DNA of 64,000 bases from Planctomycetota bacterium (GCA_024280855.1 JAJRPG010000051.1:107-64106); one strand, 5' to 3'; shown: positions 25,813 through 35,525, numbered from the stretch's first letter. The notes: a model not told the origin generated them from the sequence alone. Numbers and translations: made by a program.

Positions 25813-25846
25813 TTTCTTTCGCGGTTTACTCAATACAGAGTGCCGC

Positions 25847-26836
25847 ATGGATGACAGTAGCTTGAGCGATACGGCGGCGATTATTCTGGCGGCGGGTAAA
25901 AGCACCCGGATGAATAGTGACCGTCCTAAGGTGTTGCACGAGATTTGCGGACGACCGATGCTCGGCTTCGTCCTGAGTGCCTGCCGGATGGCAGGTGTTG
26001 ATAAGATTGTAGTTATCGTTGGTCATGGCAAAGAAGAAGTCATGGCTGCTTTTTCCGATGATAGCGATCTTGTCTGGGTGGAGCAGACAGAGCAGCGGGG
26101 TACTGGTCACGCGGTTTTGTGTGCCCAGGAGTCGCTGAAAGATTTCGACGGTAGTGTGCTGGTTATTGCTGGCGACATGCCGTTGATTAGGCGACCGGCT
26201 TTGTCGGAGTTGTTGCATGCTCGCGAGGCGTCGAATGATGCCGCGACGATAGCGACAACGATGATTGACGACCCGACGGGTTATGGCCGAATTGTTCGTG
26301 ATGAGGATGGTCAGCTCGAGGCCATCGTAGAGCAGCGAGATTGTACGGAAGCGCAGCAAGAGATTCGGGAAGTGAACCCGAGTTATTATTGCTTTGATGC
26401 GCGAAAGATGTTTGAAACGCTTGGTAACGTGCAGGTAAATCCTAACTCCGGTGAGCTTTATGTCACTGATGTTGTGAAGGTGATGCGCGAGAACGGGCTG
26501 AGTGTTTCGGCGACGGTATCGATAAACGCGGAAGACGCGACGGGTGTTAATTCCCGATTGGACCTGGCGAAAGTCGGTCGGTTGATGCAGGATCGCATAC
26601 AGTTGGTAGCCATGAAAGATGGCGTGACGATTGTTGACCCTGATACGACCTGGATCGAGGCGGACGTGACCTTGGGCAAAGATACGGTGATTTATCCGTT
26701 TTCTGTGATCGGGGTTGGGGCTGTGGTTGGTCGGGACTGTCGTGTAGGTCCGTTTGCTAATGTGAAAAAAGGTTCGACGGTCCCAGATGGTGGCGTCGTT
26801 GGGCCGGTTAATGATACGGGAGTGATGGCAACATGA
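25847..26836 (+). CDS. glmU: GlmU-like UDP-N-acetylglucosamine pyrophosphorylase with a truncated left-handed beta-helix domain
   Basis: N-terminal nucleotidyltransferase motifs (ILAAGKSTRMNSDRPKVLH, EQTEQRGTGHAV, VLVIAGDMPLI) are present. Only about 90 aa of hexapeptide-repeat region precede the stop, which overlaps the prs start. Confidence 0.7.
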   Translation: MDDSSLSDTAAIILAAGKSTRMNSDRPKVLHEICGRPMLGFVLSACRMAGVDKIVVIVGHGKEEVMAAFSDDSDLVWVEQTEQRGTGHAVLCAQESLKDFDGSVLVIAGDMPLIRRPALSELLHAREASNDAATIATTMIDDPTGYGRIVRDEDGQLEAIVEQRDCTEAQQEIREVNPSYYCFDARKMFETLGNVQVNPNSGELYVTDVVKVMRENGLSVSATVSINAEDATGVNSRLDLAKVGRLMQDRIQLVAMKDGVTIVDPDTTWIEADVTLGKDTVIYPFSVIGVGAVVGRDCRVGPFANVKKGSTVPDGGVVGPVNDTGVMAT

Positions 26837-27816
26837 TGACGTCGAGCAGTCGACGAACTCGAAGCGGTAACACTGACGGTCTGGCGATCTTCGGTGGTAC
26901 GGCTAGTGATGCGCTGGCGGATAAGATATGCGCTTATCTTGATACGCCCCGTGCCCATGCCGTGATTAGCAAGTTTCCTGATGGTGAGACGCTGGTCAAA
27001 GTCGACGACGATGTGCGTGGGACGGATTGCTTTATTGTTCAATCGACGTGTCCTCCGGTCAACGACAATCTGATGGAACTGCTGATTATGATTGACTGCC
27101 TGCGCCGTGCGAGTGCCAGGCGGATTACAGCGGTCATCCCTTATTATGGTTATGCCAGACAAGATCGTAAGTCTGAGGGGCGCACGCCGATTACGGCCAA
27201 GATGGTGGCCAATATGATTACGACCGCCGGGGCTGATCGCGTGTTGACGATGAATCTTCACGCTGACCAGATTCAGGGCTTTTTTGATATTCCAGTAGAT
27301 CACTTGACGGCTGCCCCTGTTTTGGCGGCGCATTTTTTGACTCGTGATTTACATGATGCCGTGTTTGTGTCACCGGATGTTGGCAACATTAAGTTTGGTA
27401 GTGAATTCGCCTCGCGTATTGGTGGCGAGTTAGCCGTGGTGCACAAGCGTCGCTTGTCTGGTGACAAGACTGTGGCAGTCAGTATTATTGGTGATGTGAA
27501 GGGCAAGCGCGTGATGATGTTTGACGACATGATTACGACGGCTGGGACAGTTAGTGAGGCGGCAAGGCTGGTGCGTGAGCATGGGGCTGAGGCGGTTTAT
27601 GTAGCTGCGACGCATGGCGTTTTTGCTGGTCCTGCGGTGGAGCGATTGCTGGCGGCTGAGATGGATGAGATTGTGGTGACGGATACGATTCCGACCAGTC
27701 CGACGGTAGCATCGAGTTTGAAAAATTTGACGGTTCTTTCGGTTTCGGATCTGGTTGGTGAAGCGATTAAGCGAATCCATGAACATCGGTCGGTGAGCGA
27801 GCTTTTTAAGAAGTAG
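26833..27816 (+). CDS. prs: Ribose-phosphate pyrophosphokinase
   Basis: Prs motifs are present (ITAVIPYYGYARQDRK, LTMNLHADQIQGFF, MMFDDMITTAGT PRPP-binding loop). Confidence 0.93.
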   Translation: MMTSSSRRTRSGNTDGLAIFGGTASDALADKICAYLDTPRAHAVISKFPDGETLVKVDDDVRGTDCFIVQSTCPPVNDNLMELLIMIDCLRRASARRITAVIPYYGYARQDRKSEGRTPITAKMVANMITTAGADRVLTMNLHADQIQGFFDIPVDHLTAAPVLAAHFLTRDLHDAVFVSPDVGNIKFGSEFASRIGGELAVVHKRRLSGDKTVAVSIIGDVKGKRVMMFDDMITTAGTVSEAARLVREHGAEAVYVAATHGVFAGPAVERLLAAEMDEIVVTDTIPTSPTVASSLKNLTVLSVSDLVGEAIKRIHEHRSVSELFKK

Positions 27817-27912
27817 CTACTGGTCGCAAAGATGAATGCACAGAGCAATAAGGCTCTATATTTGATGAATGCAGCAAGGCAATAAGAGCCGGCGTGCTAT
27901 AGAAAAAGAGGA

Positions 27913-28569
27913 ATGAGGATCGGTATGCAAGCAGAGAAGTTAAAAGCAGTCCCCCGTACTGAGATGGGCACCAGGGTGTCGCGTAAGCTTCGGGCGGAGG
28001 GTCAGATTCCAGCCATTATTTACGGACATGGCGAGACGCCGGAAGCGGTGGCTGTGGGCGCTCGTGAATTGGCGATGGTGCTTGCACACGGCGCACGCAT
28101 GGTTGAAGTTGATGTGAATGGAAATACGAAGCCTCATTTGATTAAATCTGTTCAGTACGATCATTTGGATCAGTATCCCATACACTTGGATTTGACTCGT
28201 GTTGATTTGAATGAGCGGGTAACGGTTTCGGTTTCTATTGAGTTAAAGGGTACGCCAAAGGGTATTAGCGATGGCGGTGTTCTTGAGCAGATTATGAATG
28301 AGATCGAAGTCGATTGTCTGGTGACTGAGATTCCTGGCACGCTTCATCCTTTCGTGACTGAATTGGGTATTGGCGATGCCTTGTTGGTGAAAGATTTAGG
28401 ATTGCCTGCCGGCGTGAATGTGACGCCAGGGCCTGAAGATAAAGTCGCTTTGGTTCGTGAGGCTGAAGAAGAAGTAGAAGCTGATGCAGACGGCGAAGAA
28501 GCGGCTGAGATGCCAGAGGTTATTGGCCGGGTGCGTAGTGACGAGCCAGAAGAAGATAAGAAGAAGTAG
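27913..28569 (+). CDS. rplY: 50S ribosomal protein L25 / general stress protein Ctc form
   Basis: RKLRAEGQIPAIIYGHG, VQYDHLDQYPIHLDL and a second beta-domain, followed by an acidic C-terminal tail. The start is possibly the ATG at 27925. Confidence 0.88.
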   Translation: MRIGMQAEKLKAVPRTEMGTRVSRKLRAEGQIPAIIYGHGETPEAVAVGARELAMVLAHGARMVEVDVNGNTKPHLIKSVQYDHLDQYPIHLDLTRVDLNERVTVSVSIELKGTPKGISDGGVLEQIMNEIEVDCLVTEIPGTLHPFVTELGIGDALLVKDLGLPAGVNVTPGPEDKVALVREAEEEVEADADGEEAAEMPEVIGRVRSDEPEEDKKK

Positions 28570-28599
28570 TTTGAATCGATTGTTGGTGGGGCGTGAGTC

Positions 28600-29169
28600 G
28601 TGAAGCTGGTTGTCGGTTTGGGCAATCCTGGCAAACGTTACGATGGCACGCGCCATAACGTCGGTTTTGATGTCGTAGACGTGCTGGCTTCTCGCTGGCA
28701 GGCTTCGATGTTGACAGAAAAATTTCACGCGTGGTTTGGCGATGCGGTTTGTGGTGATGAGCGTGTTGTGTTGCTCAAGCCGACCACGTGGATGAATCGT
28801 TCCGGGCAGGCAGTAGCTGCGGCGGGTCGGTTTTATAAGCTTGAGATGGCAGACGTTTTGATAGTGGCGGACGATTTGGCTTTGCCACTCGGACGCATTC
28901 GGTTTCGGTCGAAAGGATCAGCCGGGAGTCATAACGGTTTGCAGGATGTGATAGATCGGCTTGGCGGAAACGATTTTAGTCGTCTTCGCGTTGGTATTGA
29001 TAAGCCGATCGGTGTGCCTTCGGTGTTTGTGTTGAGTCGCTTCACTGAGGCTGAGGAAATGGAAATGGCGGCGTCGCGTAAACGTGCGGCGGACGCGGTA
29101 GAGCATTGGATTTGTAACGGCCCTGAGTCGACCATGAATCGGTATAATAGCGACCCCGTGGAACCTTAA
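28600..29169 (+). CDS. pth: Peptidyl-tRNA hydrolase
   Basis: The GTG-start protein begins MKLVVGLGNPGKRYDGTRHNVGF and also has GSAGSHNGLQD, both canonical Pth motifs. Confidence 0.93.
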   Translation: MKLVVGLGNPGKRYDGTRHNVGFDVVDVLASRWQASMLTEKFHAWFGDAVCGDERVVLLKPTTWMNRSGQAVAAAGRFYKLEMADVLIVADDLALPLGRIRFRSKGSAGSHNGLQDVIDRLGGNDFSRLRVGIDKPIGVPSVFVLSRFTEAEEMEMAASRKRAADAVEHWICNGPESTMNRYNSDPVEP

Positions 29170-29199
29170 TGGTACTGATGGGTTAGTTGGAAACGATTT

Positions 29200-29706
29200 T
29201 TGGTTGAGTTGACAGGGTGCAGGAGATCAAAAGCATTGAACCAGTATGAAGCTATGTTTCTGTTCGATCCGACGTTTGGCGCGTCGATGGAGCAGTGCGA
29301 AGGAGAGGTCCGGCGCCTGATGGAACGGGCTGAGGCGGAGCTGCTATTCTGCAAGAAGTGGGATGAGCGGCGGTTGGCTTACCGGGTGGATGGACGTAAG
29401 CGTGGTGTGTATGTGTTGACTTACTTCAAGGCTAACCCCGAGAAGATTGGCGGCATTGAACGCGACACCAAGCTTAGCGAAGATATTCTTCGCATTTTAA
29501 TCCTCCGGGCGGATGGTGTGTCGGCTGAACGGATGGAGCTTTGGGGTGCTGCGCATGGCGAGAGCCGTGACGGCGATCCAAGTGATCCGAGTCGTGATCG
29601 TGATGACAGAAAGCCTTCGGCTTCGAAAGATGATGGCAAGGATAAAGAAGCCGTCGGAGCTGATGCCGGGGCAGACAAAGCTAATGCTGACGCGGCTAAG
29701 GCTTAG
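29200..29706 (+). CDS. rpsF: 30S ribosomal protein S6 with a charged C-terminal extension (likely start TTG at 29236)
   Basis: The YEAMFLFDP...WDERRLAYRV...GVYVLTYF pattern is typical of S6. A GGAGA motif lies 9 nt before the TTG at 29236. The gene is followed by ssb. Confidence 0.85.
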   Translation: MVELTGCRRSKALNQYEAMFLFDPTFGASMEQCEGEVRRLMERAEAELLFCKKWDERRLAYRVDGRKRGVYVLTYFKANPEKIGGIERDTKLSEDILRILILRADGVSAERMELWGAAHGESRDGDPSDPSRDRDDRKPSASKDDGKDKEAVGADAGADKANADAAKA

Positions 29707-29782
29707 TTAGCTTTTTGTGTGTCACTTGCGTGTCGTGCTGTAGTGTGTTGACTTAGACTTTTGTGAAAGTCGAGGGTGTGTG

Positions 29783-30244
29783 ATGAGCAGCTATAATCGA
29801 ATTGTTCTCGTGGGCAACCTGACACGTGATCCGCAATTGAGTTACACGGCGTCAAATACGGCGATATGTAAATTCAGTTTAGCCACGAACCGCAAATGGC
29901 GCGATAAAGAAGGCAATGAACGCGATGATACGTGTTTCATTGACTGTACTTTGTTTGGTCGTGGCGGCGAGACGTTTAACCAATATATGGGCAAAGGGCG
30001 ACAAGTTCTCGTTGAGGGGCGTTTGAGTCTTAATCAATGGACAACTCCCGAAGGCGACAAGCGCAGCAAGCATGAAGTGCTTGTAGAGAACTTCACTTTC
30101 TTAGGCGGTGGCGGCGGTGGTCAAGCTCAAGGTGGTGGTGGCGAATCTCGTAATGAGTCTCGCGGTCCTGCGCCGGTGGCTTCTGGTGCGGTAGGTGGGT
30201 TTGACGGTCCGCCTGCTCCTACGGATGAAGATATTCCGTTTTAG
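29783..30244 (+). CDS. ssb: Single-stranded DNA-binding protein
   Basis: An OB fold starts NRIVLVGNLTRDPQL, followed by a Gly-rich linker and the acidic C-terminal tip DEDIPF. Confidence 0.93.
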   Translation: MSSYNRIVLVGNLTRDPQLSYTASNTAICKFSLATNRKWRDKEGNERDDTCFIDCTLFGRGGETFNQYMGKGRQVLVEGRLSLNQWTTPEGDKRSKHEVLVENFTFLGGGGGGQAQGGGGESRNESRGPAPVASGAVGGFDGPPAPTDEDIPF

Positions 30245-30349
30245 TATGAATTTTCCAGGCTAATGCCCGCGTGATGTGGGCGGCTGGGTTTGATGATAAT
30301 GAAGGCCGTTATTAGGCGGCGTAGGCGCGAAAGAGGTTGGTATCAAGCT

Positions 30350-30898
30350 ATGAAATTACTGCTTTGCAAAACTATCGACAAACTGGGTATTGTCGGTGAT
30401 GTCGTTAATGTGGCCGCTGGTTATGGTCGTAACTATTTGGTTCCTTACGGTTTGGCGACGACGCCTACTGAGGGGAATATGCGTCGTTTAGCTGAGGCTC
30501 GTCGCGTCGCAGAAATTGAACGTTCCAAGGCGCGTGCTGAGTTGGAAGCCTTGGCTGCCCGCATGACGGATGTTGAGGTTACGATTCGCGCTAAGGCTAA
30601 TGAAGACGGCGTGTTGTACGGTTCGGTTAGCGCTCGCGACATTGCGGATGCGTTAGCTGAGGACCAGCTTTTCCTCAAGACGGAACAGATTTTGCTTGAT
30701 CATCCTATTCGACATTTGGATAATGTGATGGTTGATGTGCGCCTAGCCCAAGACCTTCGAACGCAGGTTAAGGTTTGGGTGGTGCGCGATAAGGTAGATG
30801 AAGAAGGCGCGGAAGGCGAAGAGGGCGAAGAAAAATCGGCTGAAGAAGTCGAGGCTGGCACGGAGGCTAGCGGTGATGGTGACAGCACCGACGCATAA
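30350..30898 (+). CDS. rplI: 50S ribosomal protein L9 with an acidic C-terminal extension
   Basis: MKLLLCKTIDKLGIVGDVVNVAAGYGRNYLVPYGLA is the canonical L9 N-terminal domain. The tail is E/G-rich. Confidence 0.9.
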   Translation: MKLLLCKTIDKLGIVGDVVNVAAGYGRNYLVPYGLATTPTEGNMRRLAEARRVAEIERSKARAELEALAARMTDVEVTIRAKANEDGVLYGSVSARDIADALAEDQLFLKTEQILLDHPIRHLDNVMVDVRLAQDLRTQVKVWVVRDKVDEEGAEGEEGEEKSAEEVEAGTEASGDGDSTDA

Positions 30899-32291
30899 GC
30901 CAGAAGGACGCTCCGGGGTGACGGAGCGCGTACCCCCACAAGATATTGACGCCGAAGCTGCGCTGCTTGGCTCTATGATGATGAGTCGGGACGCCATTGG
31001 CGATGTCATCCCGATCATTGGTCGGCCTGACAGCGAGTGGTTTTACGTCCCTGCGCATCAGCAACTCTTTGAAGTTCTTATCGATTTATATGACGATCCT
31101 ACCAAGGCGATCGACCTGATTATCGTTACGGACGAACTCCGTCGGCGTGACATGTTAGAGTTGGTGGGCGGTCAGGAATATATGGTCCGGTTAGCTGAGA
31201 GTTTTGGCGACTGGGCGAATGCTGAGCATTACGCGCGGATTGTTCGTGATAAGGGCATGCTGCGGTCGTTGATTCGATGCGCGTCTGAAATTACGGATCA
31301 AGCCTATGCGGGCATGGAAGAGGCTCGCGAAATTCTCGACAAATCTGAGCAGCGCATTTTTGAAGTGACTGAAAGGCGGGTCAGCGGTCAGACAGTAGCT
31401 ATCCGCGATGCGGTGGCGAAGTTGGCGCAGCAGTTGGAAGAGGGTTCGGATTCTATATGTACGGGTTTGCCTTCGGGGTTTAACAAGCTTGATGAATTGA
31501 CGACCGGTTTTCATGGCGGTGAGTTGATTATTGTCGCGGCTCGACCTTCTATGGGTAAGACGGCGTGGGGTCTGAACGTGGCGGAGCACTTAGCGATGGT
31601 TGAGAAGAAGAGTGTCGCGTTTTTCTCTATGGAGATGGGTTGCGACCAGATAGCTCAACGTTTGATGTGTTCGCACGCGGGGATTGATGCGCAGCGATTG
31701 CGTCGTCGTATGCTTAATGATGATGAAATGTTTCGGGTGGTGAATGCGCGAGAGGATTTTCGTGAGGCGAAATTCTATGTGGATGATACGCCTGGAACGA
31801 CGGCAATGGAGCTTCGGGCTTCTGCTCGGCGTATGCGGAATAAGTATGGGATTGAGATTGTGTTCGTTGATTACTTGCAACTGATGCATAATCCTGGATC
31901 GAATAATCGTCAGGAAGAGATTTCGACGATTAGCCGCTCGTTGAAGAGTTTGGGCCGAGAGCTTGGTATTCCCATTGTCGCCATGGCCCAGTTGAACCGA
32001 ATGTCGGAAGGTCGTCAGGATAAGCGGCCTATCATGAGTGACTTGCGGGAGTCGGGTGCGATTGAGCAGGATGCGGATGTGATTTTGCTGATTCACCGTG
32101 AAGAGTATTACAGCCCGGAAGATGAATCCGTTCACGGGTTAGCGGAGCTAATTTTAGCGAAGCAGCGAAACGGGCCTACTGGCAGCATCCAATTGCAATT
32201 TAATAAAAAGCTGACACGGTTCTCAAATTATTCGATGCAGGAAGTTCCATTCTCAGCCGGGCAGATCGATCATGGTAATGCGCCCTTTTAG
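30876..32291 (+). CDS. dnaB: Replicative DNA helicase DnaB (start taken at MVTAPTHK; overlaps the rplI 3-prime end)
   Basis: PPQDIDAEAALLGSMM N-terminal motif, Walker A (ARPSMGKTA), Walker B (FVDYLQLM) and the RESGAIEQDADV and AKQRNGPTG blocks. Confidence 0.93.
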   Translation: MVTAPTHKPEGRSGVTERVPPQDIDAEAALLGSMMMSRDAIGDVIPIIGRPDSEWFYVPAHQQLFEVLIDLYDDPTKAIDLIIVTDELRRRDMLELVGGQEYMVRLAESFGDWANAEHYARIVRDKGMLRSLIRCASEITDQAYAGMEEAREILDKSEQRIFEVTERRVSGQTVAIRDAVAKLAQQLEEGSDSICTGLPSGFNKLDELTTGFHGGELIIVAARPSMGKTAWGLNVAEHLAMVEKKSVAFFSMEMGCDQIAQRLMCSHAGIDAQRLRRRMLNDDEMFRVVNAREDFREAKFYVDDTPGTTAMELRASARRMRNKYGIEIVFVDYLQLMHNPGSNNRQEEISTISRSLKSLGRELGIPIVAMAQLNRMSEGRQDKRPIMSDLRESGAIEQDADVILLIHREEYYSPEDESVHGLAELILAKQRNGPTGSIQLQFNKKLTRFSNYSMQEVPFSAGQIDHGNAPF

Positions 32292-32441
32292 TCGTGGCTG
32301 GATAGGGTTACGCTTGCCTGTGAATTTTAGTTGGGGTCTCGATGGTCATGCAAGGCTGTTGGTGGGCTTTGCTCTGGCTTGAATCTGGCGTTAAGATTCG
32401 CCGGTCGTTTGAGTAGTGTTAGACCACGGTGATGACGAACG

Positions 32442-34802
32442 TTGCATACTTTCCAAAAAAATATAACGATGACGAAGTTTTTTTCAGCGGTCGAGCCGTT
32501 TGGTTTTATCTATGCGGTGTTGGTGGGGATGGTTCTGTCGTTTGGGCATGTAGCCAGTGCTAACCAATCTCAGCAAGTAGGCGCTATTTCAGGTGTCGAG
32601 TTTCGTGGTTTATCTGCGACGTCTAACACGTTAGCTGTACAACTTGCGGGGCTTGGTGTGGGTGACTTAGCTACTGAGGCTACGCTGGTCGCAGCGGTTA
32701 ATAGGCTTAAACATTCCGGTCGATTTATATCCGTTACGCACCAGCTTGAAACTCAGGATGATGGCGGGGTGCTGGTCATTATTGAAGTTGTCGAAAAGCG
32801 GGTTGTGACGGCGATTCGGTTTGAAGGACAGGCTAAGCTTAGTGATGGTCAGTTGCAAAACGAACTGACGTTTAAGGTGGGAGACGATCTGGATTGGTTT
32901 GCGATCCGAGAAGGTCGAGAAGCCATCGTTGCGCGGTATCGAGACCTTGGTTATGGCGATGTAGCTGTGACGTTTGCCCGGGCTGAGATTGGGCGAGCCG
33001 GTGAGGTTGTGTATGTCATTCAAGAGGGCATTCGCGTCGTGATCCGCGAAGTTGCCTATGAAGGCAATACGGCTTTCGATGTTGGGCAGTTAAAGAAGAA
33101 AGTTGAATCGAAGACGGCTTGGTGGATCATCCGCACAGGTGCGCTTGATCCGTCGCGGGTTGATGCTGATGTCGTGAACTTACGACGATTTTACAGAGAC
33201 GAAGGATTTTTTGATGCGCAGGTTACGTTTCGTATTGACGTGCGTGAGGACAAGAACATTCGCCTTGTTTTCGTGGTCGAAGAAGGCGCACGGTATACGA
33301 TCGAGCAGATTCAGTTCATGGGGCTGACGGTTTTTTCTCAAGACGAATTGTCAGCGGAGATGGCTTCGCGGGTGTCGGAAATCGCGCGGCGACCCAGGAT
33401 CGAAGCCGACGCTCGATTGATTCGAGAAAAGTATGGCACGATTGGCTATATTCACGCGGCTGTGCGGGTGACGCGGGTTTTTTCTGACGATCCGGGTCTG
33501 GTTCGCGTGACGTATCATGTTGAAGAAGGCGAGCAGTTTCGCGTGGGTAGGATCGCGGTTCGAGGTAATGCGCGGACGAAGGATAAAGTCGTTCGACGCG
33601 CGTTGGATTTATATCCGCCTGGCGATTTGCTTGATCTATCCGCGGCTCGAAACGCGGAAAAGCAGTTAATGCAGTCTCGTATTTTTAGTTCCGCCCGCGT
33701 TTATCCGGTAGGAGATCTGCCCGGCGTTCGTGACGTGGTGATGGACGTTCAAGAGGCTGAGCGATTGGGCGATTTTATTTTTGGTGTGGGTGTGACGAGT
33801 AACAGCGGTTTGGTTGGTACGGTTACGTTGGACTTGCGAAACTTTGATTTATACGATCCGCCGACGAGTTGGGAGGAGCTTTACAAATTTAAGTCTTTCT
33901 TTGGCGCTGGTCAGCGGATGCGTATAGAGTTGCAGCCTGGTACTAATGTCAGCCGGTTTCGCATAGATTTTACAGAGCCTTATTTGTTCGATAAGCCGGT
34001 TCGATTTGATTATAGCGCTTATCTGTTTAGTCGTGGCCGCGAGGGTTATGGCGAAAGGCGCATTGGTTCGACGGTCAGTTTTGGGAAGCGATTTGATCGC
34101 GGACAATTACGTGGTTGGACGAGTGAGTTAGCTTTCCGCGTGGAAGATGTTCGTCTGGATCAATTTGAGGTGTTCACTGCCCGTGCGATTCGGGAAGATC
34201 AAGGTTCTAATTTGATTACGAGCCTTAAAGGTTCGCTGGTTAGAGATCGGACGGATAATCGTTTTAAGCCTAGTAGTGGTGATCGCTTGCGTCTTTCGCT
34301 TGAGCAGTTCGGCATTTTGGGCGGGGATCATAATTTCGCCAAAATGATAGCGAGCTATCGTTGGTATAAGACGCTTCACACGGATTCACGCGAGCGGAAG
34401 CATGTGTTACAGCTTCGATCAGAAGGCGGCGCGATTATTGGTGACGCGCCGGTGTTCGAGCGATTTTTTACGGGTGGTACTGGCTCGGTTCGTGGATTCA
34501 ATTTTCGTGGCATTGGTCCGCATGAGGGCATTGATCGTAATAATGTTGGCGGTGATTTTCTAGTGTTGTTAGGGGCGGAGTATAGTTATCCGTTGTTTGG
34601 CGACAATGTGAGAGGTCATGTGTTTTTGGATAGTGGCACGGTGGATACTGATGTTTATCGAGCGGCTGTTGGTTTTGGCGTTCGGTTGACGCTGGATGTT
34701 TTTGGCCCGGTTCCGCTGGAGTTTAATATCGCGGTTCCCATGTTAAGCGATGCCGATGACGACGTTCAAGTATTTAGTTTTGTGGTGGGCGGGCTGTTCT
34801 AG
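32442..34802 (+). CDS. bamA: Outer membrane protein assembly factor BamA (Omp85 family)
   Basis: A signal region is followed by POTRA-like repeats (IxFEGN... units such as IRFEGQAKLSDGQL, VAYEGNTAFDVGQL, IQFMGLTVFSQDEL, IAVRGNARTKDKVV) and a C-terminal beta-barrel with RGF/GG motifs. The protein ends in F. Confidence 0.88.
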   Translation: MHTFQKNITMTKFFSAVEPFGFIYAVLVGMVLSFGHVASANQSQQVGAISGVEFRGLSATSNTLAVQLAGLGVGDLATEATLVAAVNRLKHSGRFISVTHQLETQDDGGVLVIIEVVEKRVVTAIRFEGQAKLSDGQLQNELTFKVGDDLDWFAIREGREAIVARYRDLGYGDVAVTFARAEIGRAGEVVYVIQEGIRVVIREVAYEGNTAFDVGQLKKKVESKTAWWIIRTGALDPSRVDADVVNLRRFYRDEGFFDAQVTFRIDVREDKNIRLVFVVEEGARYTIEQIQFMGLTVFSQDELSAEMASRVSEIARRPRIEADARLIREKYGTIGYIHAAVRVTRVFSDDPGLVRVTYHVEEGEQFRVGRIAVRGNARTKDKVVRRALDLYPPGDLLDLSAARNAEKQLMQSRIFSSARVYPVGDLPGVRDVVMDVQEAERLGDFIFGVGVTSNSGLVGTVTLDLRNFDLYDPPTSWEELYKFKSFFGAGQRMRIELQPGTNVSRFRIDFTEPYLFDKPVRFDYSAYLFSRGREGYGERRIGSTVSFGKRFDRGQLRGWTSELAFRVEDVRLDQFEVFTARAIREDQGSNLITSLKGSLVRDRTDNRFKPSSGDRLRLSLEQFGILGGDHNFAKMIASYRWYKTLHTDSRERKHVLQLRSEGGAIIGDAPVFERFFTGGTGSVRGFNFRGIGPHEGIDRNNVGGDFLVLLGAEYSYPLFGDNVRGHVFLDSGTVDTDVYRAAVGFGVRLTLDVFGPVPLEFNIAVPMLSDADDDVQVFSFVVGGLF

Positions 34803-34856
34803 AGCTATCGCTCGAAGATTGGGATTACGAAGCAAACCTTCTAAGCAAGTGAGACA

Positions 34857-35450
34857 ATGATGATATTGCGTAAAACATTTTTACATATGGTGCTGGCGTC
34901 TTTGGTATTGCAGTCTGTTTCGTGGGGGGCTACGTCGGTGGCGGTGGTGAATATCCCGGACGTGTCAGAGAGGTACAATCGTCGCGCGGACCTTGAGGCG
35001 CAGTTTGAGTTGATTCGTGAAGGCTTGAACAAAAAGCGTGATGAATTGCGCGATAAAATTACGCGTGCTGGTCGATCGTTGCAGGAAGAACTCAAGCCCG
35101 GTACGTCAGAGTTTCAGGCTCGTCAGAAAGAGTTGGCTATGCTGGAGGCTGAGCTTCAGTATTTTGTGGAATCGGAAGGACGTCGGATCGAGCGCGAGCT
35201 AGCTGGTTCGTTGAAACTTATATTCGATGATATACAGGTCGCGGTCAGTGAGATAGCCAAGCAGCGTAATATTGAAATCGTGCTAGCGGCGGATCAATTG
35301 CCAGTGAGTGCGCCGGAAAACACGTCTCAAGTTAGGCAGCAGATTGTGTTGCAGAAGGTTGTTTACTGGCATCCCAACGTGGATATCACCGACGATGTCG
35401 TGAATCATCTTAATGCACGATATGACGCTGCGAAAAAGGGGTCGAAATAG
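34857..35450 (+). CDS. skp: Periplasmic chaperone Skp/OmpH family
   Basis: Signal peptide and a coiled-coil-rich roughly 170-aa body. It occupies the conserved position between bamA and the lipid A genes. Confidence 0.75.
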   Translation: MMILRKTFLHMVLASLVLQSVSWGATSVAVVNIPDVSERYNRRADLEAQFELIREGLNKKRDELRDKITRAGRSLQEELKPGTSEFQARQKELAMLEAELQYFVESEGRRIERELAGSLKLIFDDIQVAVSEIAKQRNIEIVLAADQLPVSAPENTSQVRQQIVLQKVVYWHPNVDITDDVVNHLNARYDAAKKGSK

Positions 35451-35502
35451 GCTGTTATGTAGAGTAGTCATTCTCTCGGAGCGGGTGTCGACTGTTATGA
35501 CT

Positions 35503-35525
35503 CCGCGCGGGCTAAAGCCACGCGG
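35503..35525. repeat. GC-rich palindromic intergenic repeat, copy 3
   Basis: CCGCGCGGGCTAAAGCCACGCGG lies 53 nt after the skp stop and belongs to the same family as 4069-4098 and 20252-20281. Confidence 0.6.

Noticed and set aside
26692-27333. Minus-strand 213-aa ORF, with similar antisense ORFs at 31590-32135, 36968-37639, 12069-12797 and 25826-26359
   Set aside because: All lie antisense to genes with unambiguous conserved motifs (prs, dnaB, lpxA, the Cys-rich gene, glmU) and are Arg/His/Thr-rich shadow ORFs.
30798-30875. Lys/Arg-rich N-terminal extension of dnaB (MKKARKAKRAKKNRLKK...) given by the ORF track
   Set aside because: It is an alternate-frame reading of the acidic GAA/GAG-rich tail of rplI. 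The conserved DnaB N-terminus begins shortly after the ATG at 30876.
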